From: an uncultured Prevotellaceae bacterium
GTDB lineage: Bacteria > Bacteroidota > Bacteroidia > Bacteroidales > Bacteroidaceae
Assembly: GCA_946617675.1 (NCBI GenBank)
Contig: CAMOKH010000111.1
Coordinates: forward strand, 7,685 to 71,684
Reading direction: 5' to 3'
Length of the DNA: 64,000 bases
Both the position numbers and the translations under genes were made by a program. Numbering within the stretch: position 1 is the first letter of the stretch; each line of letters starts with the position of its first letter. Of the stretch, positions 1-8,452 are shown in pieces. The notes beneath the pieces are model-generated. The model saw only the letters and a list, made by a program, of their open reading frames with translations. It did not search any database and had not been told where the DNA came from.

Positions 1-1
1 G

Positions 2-34
2 GGCGGCAAAGTCAGGAAGATCATGGTGAAGTAA
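2..34 (+). CDS. 3' end of a CDS truncated by the window edge; Prevotella-type C-terminal secretion tail
   Basis: Reads GGKVRKIMVK*, similar to the G(G)RKVVVR* tails of other secreted proteins in this window. Confidence 0.55.
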   Translation, partial: GGKVRKIMVK

Positions 35-57
35 GACTGCGGCGCGCCGCAGCCTCT

Positions 58-2898
58 CTACTTGGAATACAGCAAGCGCCCGTCGGCCGTCACGCCGGCG
101 GCGCTTATTTTTATGCGCGTCTCCTTGCCGTTGTTATAGAAGGTGGCGGTGAAGCGGCCGTCCTTGTCGCTGCGGGCGTTGGGGTTCCAGTAGAGCGTTC
201 GGCGGTAGTCGGCGGGAGCCTCGCCGGCGAGGCGGCGGCTGTAGTCGGGCTGGTAGAACTCGGCCGGCTCGCTCATGCCGTGCAGGTAGATGTGGCGGTC
301 GCGATAGACCACCTGCCTGCCGTCATTGGCTATGGGCACCATCTCAACGGTGACATCGGCCACCACCGAGCTCACCACCATCGTCGAGTCCTCGTTGCGC
401 GGCTCGTAGTCGCTGTAGATGCGGATGTCCTGAAGCCGCGACAGCTTCAGGTTGTTATACACGGCAGCGGCGGCGCGCGTCTTCTCCTGGCTCCGCATGC
501 TCTGCGCCATGTCGGCCTCCATGAAACGTGTAGGGTCGTAGTTGCGCCAGTAGGTCTGGCCGTTCAGCCGCCCGTCGACGTTGAAGTGTACGGGCCGACC
601 CATGTTGCCATACAGGTACTTAGCCACCTGCAGCGGGAACTGGCGCATGTCGAATTTGCCGTACGACAGGCCGTAGTCCGTCAACTCGTTGTACACGTCG
701 TAGGCGTCGCGGACGATGGCCGGCTTGCGCCAGTCGATGGACCGCCGGCCGTGGCGACGGCCGCGCACGTTGACATTCTGCAGCTGGTGGACGTCGTTCT
801 CCATCGACAGCGCCGAGAGCGAGTCCTCGTCGATGGTCACCTCCCACTCTGGGGCGTGGTTCTCGTAGTAGTTGTACTTATGGGTGAAGACGGGGTATGG
901 CATGTCGCGCTTCACGTAGAAGTCGGCAAAGGCATCCTCGCGGAACACCGTGGCATCGCTGCGCGACGACATGGCCTTGCGCAGCGTGTCCTTCTCCTTG
1001 TAGGCTTTCAGGTTGAGATAGGTGGCACCGTAGAAGGGCGGTATCTGGAACACGAAGCGGCCGCCGTCCTGCGTGCGCTGTACGCCGCCGGCCACCTCGT
1101 CGCCCATCATCAGCTCGGCCTCGACCATCACCTCGTACTTCAGTCCGCCGTGGTCGACGCCAAGCTCGTTGTTGGCATTCTCGATGCCGCCCATGTCGAG
1201 CGACGACACTTCCTGGTCAGCCACGGGTTCAGCGCCCATGTCGCGACTCTCGATGACGGTGTTCTCTTCGGTGGTCTCCTCGGCCCACGGGTCTTCCTCG
1301 GTACCGGTGTTCGAGAGCGACTTCACGCCGACCATGCCGACGCCGTTCTGCCACGACGACACCTCCTCGAGCTCGACGTCGTTGATGCTCAGCATCTTGT
1401 AGACGTTGCCGCTGACGGTCATCGTCTGCTCTGGCTCGTAGCGCATCTGGCGCGCCGTGTCGCTCAGCTCCGTCCACTTATACTTGCGCCAGCCCTGGAC
1501 CATCATCAGCAGGTCGAGCCGGCGGCGGTGCTCGGCGTCGTCGCTCTCGAAGTAGTAGGCGGGCTTGGCAATGAAGCCGCGCAGCTCGCTCGACAGCAGC
1601 AGGTCGGTCATCAGGTTGCCGTCGTTATAGGTAGGCTCGTCGGTGCCGGTGTCGCGCACGCTCAGCGAGAACGTGGTCTCGGGCGGCAGCTGCAGGCCAA
1701 CGCTGATTGGCTCGTAGGGCTGGTAGGTCGTGGTCGGCTTTATGGATTCGGTGGGCTGAATAGGCGCCTCAGCAAAAAGTCCGTCCTGCCCCTTCCAGAA
1801 GAACAGCCGGTCGGCCAGGACGCGGCCCTCGTCGTCGAACACCGTCACGTCGTTCACGCCGAGGGGCAGCTCGCTCAGGGGCAACGCCACGCTGACGGCG
1901 GCACCGTCGGCCAGCGGCTCCAGCTCGGCGAAATGCTTCAGCACGCCGCGGCAGAGCACCGACAGTCCGTAGCGGCGGTCCTGGGGCAGACCGCGGCCGC
2001 GAATGGTGACGCGGCCGTCGTCGTAGGTCAGCACGGCCCCACTCTTCTCGGCCTTGGGCAACTGGAACGTGTAGGTCTTGCCGCGCCACGTGAAGCGGGC
2101 CTTCAGCCGTTTCTCGCCGGGGGTGACGGTGAACGTGCCGCGCCCCATGTGGCTGGTGCTGAGACGGCCCACCTCGCGGTCGCCGTCGAGCAGGGTGCCC
2201 GCAATGTCGACAGCCTCGGTCAGCTGGTCCTCCACGGCAAAGGCCACGCGGCTCTCAACGCCCTCGACCAGCGAGCCGCCCTCGGGATAGAACGTCACGA
2301 AGAGTTCCTCTTTCTTGGGCTTCTGGATGCGGGCCTTCGGACGCTGGTACATGCGGCGGGCGGCGTAGTCGCCTGCCGTCTCGGGCTTGCTGTAGACGGG
2401 GAACACGCGTGAGTAGAGTCCGTCCCACAGACGGTAATAGTCGGCACACATCTGGCGGTTGAAGAACTTCCACGTCTCCTGCACCGTGTACTTATGCTGC
2501 GCGACGTTGAAGTTCAGCATCCAGCGGGTGTAGGCCCGCAGCTCGTAGTAGCCTGAGTAGAGCGAGTCGGTCAGGACGAACTGCCCGCAGGTGTAGTTCT
2601 CGGGCGCCACGATGATCTGCTGGCGCTCCACGAGCACGCCGTCGGGCGACAGCAGCTCGACGTACAGGATGCGGCTCATGTCGGTCGGCACCAGGTTGTC
2701 GGCCCTGACGACGTAGGCCTTGTACCACAGCGTGTCGCCCACGAAGTAGCATTGGTTGTCGGTATGGATATATACTTTCTCCTGGACCTGCGACACCGAC
2801 GACGACTCAAGCGCCTGACGGATGTCGTCAAGCGAACCTGCCTGCACACCGCCCGTCGTCAGCAACAGCAGGAGCAACAAACTGAACAGATTCTTCAT
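58..2898 (-). CDS. Large secreted Bacteroidota protein with N-terminal macroglobulin (MG2)-like domains
   Basis: Signal peptide MKNLFSLLLLLLLTTGGVQA from ATG 2898; family-type motifs QEKVYIHTD..YFVGDTLWYKAY, FYPEGG, DLLMMVQGWRKY, DYRRTLYWNP. Confidence 0.75.
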   Translation of the reverse strand: MKNLFSLLLLLLLTTGGVQAGSLDDIRQALESSSVSQVQEKVYIHTDNQCYFVGDTLWYKAYVVRADNLVPTDMSRILYVELLSPDGVLVERQQIIVAPENYTCGQFVLTDSLYSGYYELRAYTRWMLNFNVAQHKYTVQETWKFFNRQMCADYYRLWDGLYSRVFPVYSKPETAGDYAARRMYQRPKARIQKPKKEELFVTFYPEGGSLVEGVESRVAFAVEDQLTEAVDIAGTLLDGDREVGRLSTSHMGRGTFTVTPGEKRLKARFTWRGKTYTFQLPKAEKSGAVLTYDDGRVTIRGRGLPQDRRYGLSVLCRGVLKHFAELEPLADGAAVSVALPLSELPLGVNDVTVFDDEGRVLADRLFFWKGQDGLFAEAPIQPTESIKPTTTYQPYEPISVGLQLPPETTFSLSVRDTGTDEPTYNDGNLMTDLLLSSELRGFIAKPAYYFESDDAEHRRRLDLLMMVQGWRKYKWTELSDTARQMRYEPEQTMTVSGNVYKMLSINDVELEEVSSWQNGVGMVGVKSLSNTGTEEDPWAEETTEENTVIESRDMGAEPVADQEVSSLDMGGIENANNELGVDHGGLKYEVMVEAELMMGDEVAGGVQRTQDGGRFVFQIPPFYGATYLNLKAYKEKDTLRKAMSSRSDATVFREDAFADFYVKRDMPYPVFTHKYNYYENHAPEWEVTIDEDSLSALSMENDVHQLQNVNVRGRRHGRRSIDWRKPAIVRDAYDVYNELTDYGLSYGKFDMRQFPLQVAKYLYGNMGRPVHFNVDGRLNGQTYWRNYDPTRFMEADMAQSMRSQEKTRAAAAVYNNLKLSRLQDIRIYSDYEPRNEDSTMVVSSVVADVTVEMVPIANDGRQVVYRDRHIYLHGMSEPAEFYQPDYSRRLAGEAPADYRRTLYWNPNARSDKDGRFTATFYNNGKETRIKISAAGVTADGRLLYSK

Positions 2899-2990
2899 CT
2901 TTTGCAAAAGTTTAGTGACTTTTTGACGCGCAAACCACGCGAAAGTTTAATTTTCTCCGTGATTTCTGGCGTTTTCTTTCCAAAAAGCAG

Positions 2991-3000
2991 TACCTTTGCA
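2991..3000 (+). promoter_or_regulatory. Bacteroidota sigma-A -7 element (TACCTTTGCA) for the TonB-dependent receptor
   Basis: Matches TAnnTTTG, 30 nt before ATG 3031. Confidence 0.65.
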
Positions 3001-3030
3001 GCCGTTTTTCTTTTTATAAACCGTTTAACA

Positions 3031-5166
3031 ATGTACAAACCACTATTCAACAAGCGCCGCGTGCTGGTGTTCCACCAGTTCAAGAACAAGGGCTGGGCCC
3101 TGTTCGGCTGTCTCGGTCGCGAGGTGGTGTGCTCTGTGCTCTCAGTGGCTACGCTCACTTACGCGTCGGCCGAGAGCGTCAGCACCAAGCCCGTCGTCAC
3201 CGACTCTGCCGCCGTCAGCACGCCGCGCGAACTGCTGCTCGACGAGGTGAGCGTCACCGGAAGCCGAGCGCCCCTGACGCGGAGTCAGGCTGCGAGAATG
3301 GTCACTGTACTGGAGCGTGCCGACATTCAGCAGGCCCCGGTGCAAAGTATTAACGATTTGCTGAAACTGGCCGTAGGCATCGATGTCCGCCAGCGCAGTC
3401 CCATTGGCGCGCAGACCGACATCAGCATTCGGGGCGGCACTCAGGAGCAAATCATCGTACTGCTCAACGGCATCAACATCTGCGACCCGCAGACCGGCCA
3501 CAACACGCTCGACCTGCCCTGCCAATTGAGCGACATCCTGCGCATCGAAGTGCTCGAGGGACCTGCCGCCCGCATCTACGGCACGTCGTCGCTCGTAGGA
3601 GCCATCAATATTGTGACAAAAGAAGACCCCTCCCCTGCCTCCCCTGAAGGGGAGGAGCTATTGCTCCTGCGCGCCGAGGGCGGCTCCCACGGTTACGCCA
3701 ACGCCGCAGCACGGATACTGCTCCCTCCCTTTAGGGAGGGCCGGGGTGGGTCTTCCCTTTCCGCCTCCTACACCCGCAGCGACGGCTGGAGCCGTGCCGC
3801 CAACGGCACGCTGAACAGCGACTACTGCGGCACGAAGGCCTTCTACCAGGGCAGCTACGCCAAGAACGCACTGCGGCTAAACTGGCACGTGGGACTCGCC
3901 GACAAGGGCTGGGGCTCGTCCACCGCCTACGCCTCGCCCAAGTGGAAGGCCGACGACCAGTATGAGCACACCACCAAGCTCACCGCCGCCCTCCAAGCCT
4001 CTGTCAAGTCTGGTGCAGTATCACTGCACCCCACCGTCTACTGGAACCAGCACCAGGACCGCTACGAGGGCTACCGGGGGCGCACCGACCTCATGCCCTT
4101 CAACTACAACCGCACCGACGTCATCGGCCTGCAGCTGAACAGCCACTTCGACTGGGCACTGGGGCGCACGGCACTGGGCGCCGAGATGCGTAACGAGAAC
4201 CTGCTGAGCGGCAACCTCGGCGAGCCTCTCGCCCGACCCCACCACATCTACGGCACCGACCGCGACTACACCCGCGGACTGAACCGCACCAACATCAGCG
4301 CCTACGCCGAGCATAACGTGCTGCTGAGGAACCTGACCATCTCGGCCGGATTCGTCGTGGTGAAGAACACCTGGGCCGACATGAACCCCACGTTCTATCC
4401 CGGCATCGACGCCAGCCTGCGACTGGGCCGGCACTGGCGGCTGCACGCCTCGTACAACACGTCGCTGCGCATGCCCTCGTTCACCGAGATGTACTATAAG
4501 GTGCAGGGCTACGCCGCAGACCCACACCTGAAGCCCGAGGAGATGCGGGCCCTGGAGCTGGGCGCCAATTGCCAATTCTCAATTCTCAATTGTCAATTGT
4601 CTCTTTGGCACCACCACGGCCGCAACATGATCGACTGGATCATGGACACCCGCCTGGGCGACGATGCCGTCTGGCAGAGCGTCAACCACACGCGTCTCAA
4701 TAGCGTCGGTCTTGAGACGTCGGCCCAATTGTCGATTCTCAATTCTCAATTGTCAATTAGCTACAGCTACATCCATCAGGCTAAGGACCTGGAGGCTGGC
4801 GTCGTCTCGCAGTACGCCCTGGAATACCTGCGTCACAAGCTCGTGGTAGGCGCCCACATCCCCCTGCTCCGCCTCCCGTCCGCCGCCTCCCGCCAAGGGT
4901 CCGCTGTGCTGCAGCGGTGCCGCAGCCACCTCACCCTCGATGCCAGCCTCCGTTTCCAAGACCGCGCCGGGCAGTACACCGACTTCGACGGCTCCGCCAA
5001 CGACTACAGCCCCTACCCCCTCGTCGACGCCCGACTGACGTGGCAACAGCCCCACTATGACGTCTACCTGAAGGCCGACAACCTGCTGAACACCCGCTAC
5101 CGCGACTACGGTCTCGTCGAGCAGCCCGGCCGCTGGCTCATCGCCGGCTTCGCACTGCGACTGTAA
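3031..5166 (+). CDS. TonB-dependent receptor (plug plus 22-strand barrel, BtuB/Cir-like)
   Basis: LDEVSVTGSR TonB-box-like segment, ISIRGG, RIEVLEGPAARIYG..GAINIVT plug motifs, DNLLNTRY..PGR C-terminus; ATG 3031 chosen because it follows the promoter. Confidence 0.9.
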   Translation: MYKPLFNKRRVLVFHQFKNKGWALFGCLGREVVCSVLSVATLTYASAESVSTKPVVTDSAAVSTPRELLLDEVSVTGSRAPLTRSQAARMVTVLERADIQQAPVQSINDLLKLAVGIDVRQRSPIGAQTDISIRGGTQEQIIVLLNGINICDPQTGHNTLDLPCQLSDILRIEVLEGPAARIYGTSSLVGAINIVTKEDPSPASPEGEELLLLRAEGGSHGYANAAARILLPPFREGRGGSSLSASYTRSDGWSRAANGTLNSDYCGTKAFYQGSYAKNALRLNWHVGLADKGWGSSTAYASPKWKADDQYEHTTKLTAALQASVKSGAVSLHPTVYWNQHQDRYEGYRGRTDLMPFNYNRTDVIGLQLNSHFDWALGRTALGAEMRNENLLSGNLGEPLARPHHIYGTDRDYTRGLNRTNISAYAEHNVLLRNLTISAGFVVVKNTWADMNPTFYPGIDASLRLGRHWRLHASYNTSLRMPSFTEMYYKVQGYAADPHLKPEEMRALELGANCQFSILNCQLSLWHHHGRNMIDWIMDTRLGDDAVWQSVNHTRLNSVGLETSAQLSILNSQLSISYSYIHQAKDLEAGVVSQYALEYLRHKLVVGAHIPLLRLPSAASRQGSAVLQRCRSHLTLDASLRFQDRAGQYTDFDGSANDYSPYPLVDARLTWQQPHYDVYLKADNLLNTRYRDYGLVEQPGRWLIAGFALRL
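3622..3755. repeat. Inverted pair of REP-like CCCTCCC-N4-GGGAGGG elements inside the TBDR
   Basis: Left arm gacccctcccctgcctcccctgaaggggaggag; right arm ctccctccctttagggagggccggggtgggtc; encode EDPSPASPEGEE and LPPFREGRGGS. Confidence 0.8.
4566..4758 (+). repeat. Two CAATT(C/G)T heptamer arrays inside the TBDR (4566-4600, 4726-4758)
   Basis: caattgccaattctcaattctcaattgtcaattgt and caattgtcgattctcaattctcaattgtcaatt; encode NCQFSILNCQL and QLSILNSQLSI. Confidence 0.8.
4903..4927 (+). repeat. 25-nt hairpin element, second copy at 27302-27326
   Basis: gctgtgctgcagcggtgccgcagcc differs at one position from the reverse complement of 27302-27326. Confidence 0.7.
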
Positions 5167-5189
5167 CCGACAACGAAGCAGAACCTGCT

Positions 5190-5352
5190 TTTCCTGCACA
5201 GGACCAGCGCCCGCGACGAGCGGCACTTCAGAGGCATAAAGCAGGCCTTTACAGGTTTTCCCACGGCCTGGGACAAATGTTCCAGGCCGTGGGAACGCTC
5301 TTTTGGCGCCTCCAACCGGCAGGCTTCAAGCCCCCATTCTGCCTCAGTGCAG
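5190..5352. repeat. Degenerate copy of the dispersed element at 38803-39030
   Basis: Core palindrome ttcccacggcctgggacaaatgttccaggccgtgggaa plus tcctgcac...tcagtgcag ends; lies between convergent genes. Confidence 0.7.
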
Positions 5353-5413
5353 CTTCCTGTGCGATTCATTAACACATAGCCCACTGAACAAAGCAACAGA
5401 GTTGCCATTGGCG

Positions 5414-5833
5414 TCAACTTAGAATATGAAACAGGCTCAAACCGAACAACAATCCACCTCCAAGCACACAAATAAACGAGCCTAAAAAGGTGAAAAATCC
5501 TATCGCTATCCATTCAGGGATTGTAACAGTTTTGTCAAACTGCGGCCACAGGCTTTTATCTGGGCTTTCCAATCCCATTTTATTCACATACCTATGTGTT
5601 AAGAAAAAGACACAGCCTGCAATCAAAATGGGAATAACAACTATATAGTCAAAATAGTTTCTGACAAACAAAAAAGTTGGTATAGATGCTATAGCTAAAG
5701 AAATGCCTAACTCAAATCCGACGATGATGTCAATGATTAACCCCCAGGCAAAGTCTCCCTTGCGCTTTGTTTGGTTTATCCACCTCTCAGTATTGGAGTA
5801 CGCGTAATATATTTTATTGAAAAAAAGTTTCGT
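5414..5833 (-). CDS. Low-GC small membrane protein; frame open back to the dnaA stop, start uncertain (ACG 5833 or TTG 5671)
   Basis: Manual translation of 5857-5414 gives no stop: ..TKLFFNKIYYAYSNTERW..FAWGLIIDIIVGFELGISLAIASIPTFLFVRNYFDYIVVIP..; several hydrophobic segments. Confidence 0.55.
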   Translation of the reverse strand, partial: TKLFFNKIYYAYSNTERWINQTKRKGDFAWGLIIDIIVGFELGISLAIASIPTFLFVRNYFDYIVVIPILIAGCVFFLTHRYVNKMGLESPDKSLWPQFDKTVTIPEWIAIGFFTFLGSFICVLGGGLLFGLSLFHILS

Positions 5834-5857
5834 AATTCTTCCCTCCGATTCTTTTAG

Positions 5858-7264
5858 TCAGCTCTTCAGTTTGAAGGAGTTCTCGATGCTGCTGATTTCG
5901 GCCGAGAACGACTTGTCGACCTTCAGCCGAGCCTCAATGGCCGAACAGCTGTGGAGCACCGTGGAGTGGTCGCGACCGCCAATGAGCTGGCCGATGCGCG
6001 AAGCGGGCATCTTGGTGTACTTCTGGGCCAGATACATCGACACCTGGCGCACCAAGACGTAGTCGCGTTTACGACTCTTGCTAAAGACGTGCTGCTGCTG
6101 TACGCCGAAATGGCCGCACACCTTCTCGAGGATGTCGTCGACGGTCAGGGGGTGGTTGTCTATCTTGACGGCTCGCTTGATGACGCGCTCGGCCAGGCGC
6201 ATGTCGACACTGCTGTTGTAGACGATGCTGTAGGCCATGAGCGAGTTGACCACGCCCTCAAGGTCGCGCACGGAACCATTGGCCGAGGTGGCGATAAACT
6301 GAATGACATCGGCGGGAATCTTCAGGCCGTCGCGGCGGCACTTGGCATTCAGGATGTCGATGCAGAGCTGCACGTTGGGCTTCTCCATCTCGGCGATGAG
6401 TCCGCACGAGAAGCGGGTCAGCATGCGGTCCTTCAGCCAGTCGAGGTCAACGGGCGGACGGTCGGAGGCGAGGATGATCTGCTTGCCAAGGCGGAACAGG
6501 TGGTCGAAGATGTGGAAGAAGGTGTTGACGGTCTTCTCGGCCGTTGCCCACTCCTGCACATCGTCGATGATGAGCATGTCGATGGTCTGGTAGAACGAGA
6601 TAAAGTCGTTGACGGTATTACGGCGGCTGGCGTCGGTAAACTGCACCTGGAAGAGGCGGGCCGAGACGTAGAGCACGCGCTTCTTAGGATAAAGCTCCTT
6701 ACAGCGCACGCCGATGGCATTGATGAGGTGGGTCTTGCCACACCCCGAGGGTCCGAAAATGAAGAAGGGGTTGAAGGTGGTCTTACCCGGATGCTCGGCA
6801 ATGCTGAGTCCGACTGTTCGCGGCAACTTATTGGAGTCGCCCTCGATAAAGGTCGAGAAGGTCTTGTGGAGGTCGAGCTGCGGGTTCAGGTCCTGGGGCG
6901 TGGCGTCGAGCACCGTTGGCGACTGGTTGCTATGGGCACTGGGCTGGGGCACGTCGATGTCGGCGGGCTGGTCGGCCTCGACGTCCTGTGTCAGCTTGTG
7001 GGCCTTGTCGGTGACTATGCGGTAGTTGAGCTTAACCTTTGTCTTGAAGCTGTTGGTCAGCGCCCAGTACATCAGCCGGATGTAGTACTGTTCCAGATAT
7101 TCGCAGAAGTAGGCACTCGGCACCTGCAAGAGCAACGTGGCATCGGTTTCCGAGAAAGACTCGAAAACGATGGGCTCGAACCACGTTTTGAATTGCTGCT
7201 CAGTGACGTTCTGCCTGATGAGTTGGAGGCAGTTGTCCCAAAGCGCCTTATGACTGTTCTGCAT
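5858..7264 (-). CDS. dnaA: Chromosomal replication initiator DnaA
   Basis: Walker A GPSGCGKTHL, LIIDDVQ, GGRDHSTVLHS in domain IV. Confidence 0.98.
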   Translation of the reverse strand: MQNSHKALWDNCLQLIRQNVTEQQFKTWFEPIVFESFSETDATLLLQVPSAYFCEYLEQYYIRLMYWALTNSFKTKVKLNYRIVTDKAHKLTQDVEADQPADIDVPQPSAHSNQSPTVLDATPQDLNPQLDLHKTFSTFIEGDSNKLPRTVGLSIAEHPGKTTFNPFFIFGPSGCGKTHLINAIGVRCKELYPKKRVLYVSARLFQVQFTDASRRNTVNDFISFYQTIDMLIIDDVQEWATAEKTVNTFFHIFDHLFRLGKQIILASDRPPVDLDWLKDRMLTRFSCGLIAEMEKPNVQLCIDILNAKCRRDGLKIPADVIQFIATSANGSVRDLEGVVNSLMAYSIVYNSSVDMRLAERVIKRAVKIDNHPLTVDDILEKVCGHFGVQQQHVFSKSRKRDYVLVRQVSMYLAQKYTKMPASRIGQLIGGRDHSTVLHSCSAIEARLKVDKSFSAEISSIENSFKLKS

Positions 7265-7540
7265 CTGGCGTTGTTAAGTTAATTATTAATAGTACAAGGT
7301 TAAACTTGTGGTTTTTACATTTCGACTGCAAAGTTCGCCTTTTTTTTTGAATTGTGCAAATTCAGTGTTTTTCTACACCAAATAGTTTCCCGCGTAACTG
7401 ACTAAGGTTGCGGCATTTAGAATGTTTCACAAATTCTCTTTGGCAAGCCCTATTGCAAATTACGAACGTTCTGTGACTCAGCATCTTACGAAAAAGCAAA
7501 TCGGGCTTTCAGGAAATATTTAATTTAGACGAAATTAAAA

Positions 7541-8443
7541 TTACTTATCTTTTCTGCCGAAAATCGAGAAGTGGACGTAGCGTTTCGGGTGGCTCTTGAG
7601 GTCAATCATCAGCGAGTCGGCATGCATCATTGTAGCGTTCAGATTGTTATACAGTCCGGGGTCACGCATCAGCAGGCCGAGGGAGCCCTCGTTGGAGTTC
7701 AGGCGGGCCGTCAGCTGCTCGACGTTGCGCATCGTCTGGTCGACCTTGGCCATCGTGGCGGCCACGTCAATACTGTTCAGGCTGTGGGTCAGCGTGTCGG
7801 CATTGGCCATCACGCCGTCGGCCTTGCTCATGATGCCGGGCAACTGGCGGTTCAGGCTGGCCGTCAACTGGTGCAGCTGCTGGGTGGTGGTGGTCAGCCC
7901 CGACGTGATATTCTCGACATTATGCAGCGACCGGGCGATGGCGGGGTCGGCCATGAGCGTGTTGACCGAGGCCAGGATAGAGTCGAGCTTGGGCAGCATC
8001 TTCTCAATCTGGGGCACCATGTCGGCAGCCTTGGTCATCAGTCCCGAGGCTGTCTGGCCACTGATGGTGTCGCCGACGGCCAGTGGGCCGGCAGCAGCGT
8101 CGCCGAGCTTCAGTTCGAGGCGCACGTTGCCGAGCAGGTCGCTGGCAATCTCGGCCTTCGTGCCCTTGGGCAGCACCAGTTTCTCGTCGAGACCGAGGAA
8201 GGCCAGTATGCGGTCGGGCTGTGAGTAGTCGCAGTCGATGTTCTCGACCGTGCCTACCTTCACGCCGTTGACATAGACCGGACTCGATGCCGACAAGCCC
8301 GTGACATCGTTAAAAGTGACCACGTAGCTGTTGCCCTCAGAGAACATACTCAGGCCCTTGAGGAACTTCATTCCAAAGAACAGTATCACCAAGCCAAGGA
8401 TAGCTACCAGGGCTATCTGCACTTCTTTCGTCAGAAACTTCAT
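7541..8443 (-). CDS. MlaD/MCE family protein
   Basis: N-terminal TM helix, GLSASSPVYVNGVKVGTV, C-terminal DLKSHPKRYVHFSIFG. Confidence 0.9.
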   Translation of the reverse strand: MKFLTKEVQIALVAILGLVILFFGMKFLKGLSMFSEGNSYVVTFNDVTGLSASSPVYVNGVKVGTVENIDCDYSQPDRILAFLGLDEKLVLPKGTKAEIASDLLGNVRLELKLGDAAAGPLAVGDTISGQTASGLMTKAADMVPQIEKMLPKLDSILASVNTLMADPAIARSLHNVENITSGLTTTTQQLHQLTASLNRQLPGIMSKADGVMANADTLTHSLNSIDVAATMAKVDQTMRNVEQLTARLNSNEGSLGLLMRDPGLYNNLNATMMHADSLMIDLKSHPKRYVHFSIFGRKDK

Positions 8444-8452
8444 ATCTTTCTT

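Noticed and set aside
2908-3030. Cobalamin or TPP riboswitch ahead of the TBDR
   Set aside because: The promoter is only about 30 nt from the ATG, leaving no room, and no riboswitch motifs are visible.
2752-3030. Extended N-termini given by the ORF track (also 13401, 16900, 20304, 21671, 25785, 31769, 37629, 41857, 45171, 56327)
   Set aside because: They cross promoters or neighbouring genes. Downstream ATGs give proper signal peptides or family N-termini.
5855-5860. Selenocysteine recoding of the dnaA UGA
   Set aside because: DnaA is complete at this stop, there is no evident SECIS hairpin, and the context is not a redox motif.
7265-7540. Possible oriC upstream of dnaA
   Set aside because: AT-rich, but I could not find a convincing cluster of TTATCCACA-like boxes. 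It needs GC-skew analysis.
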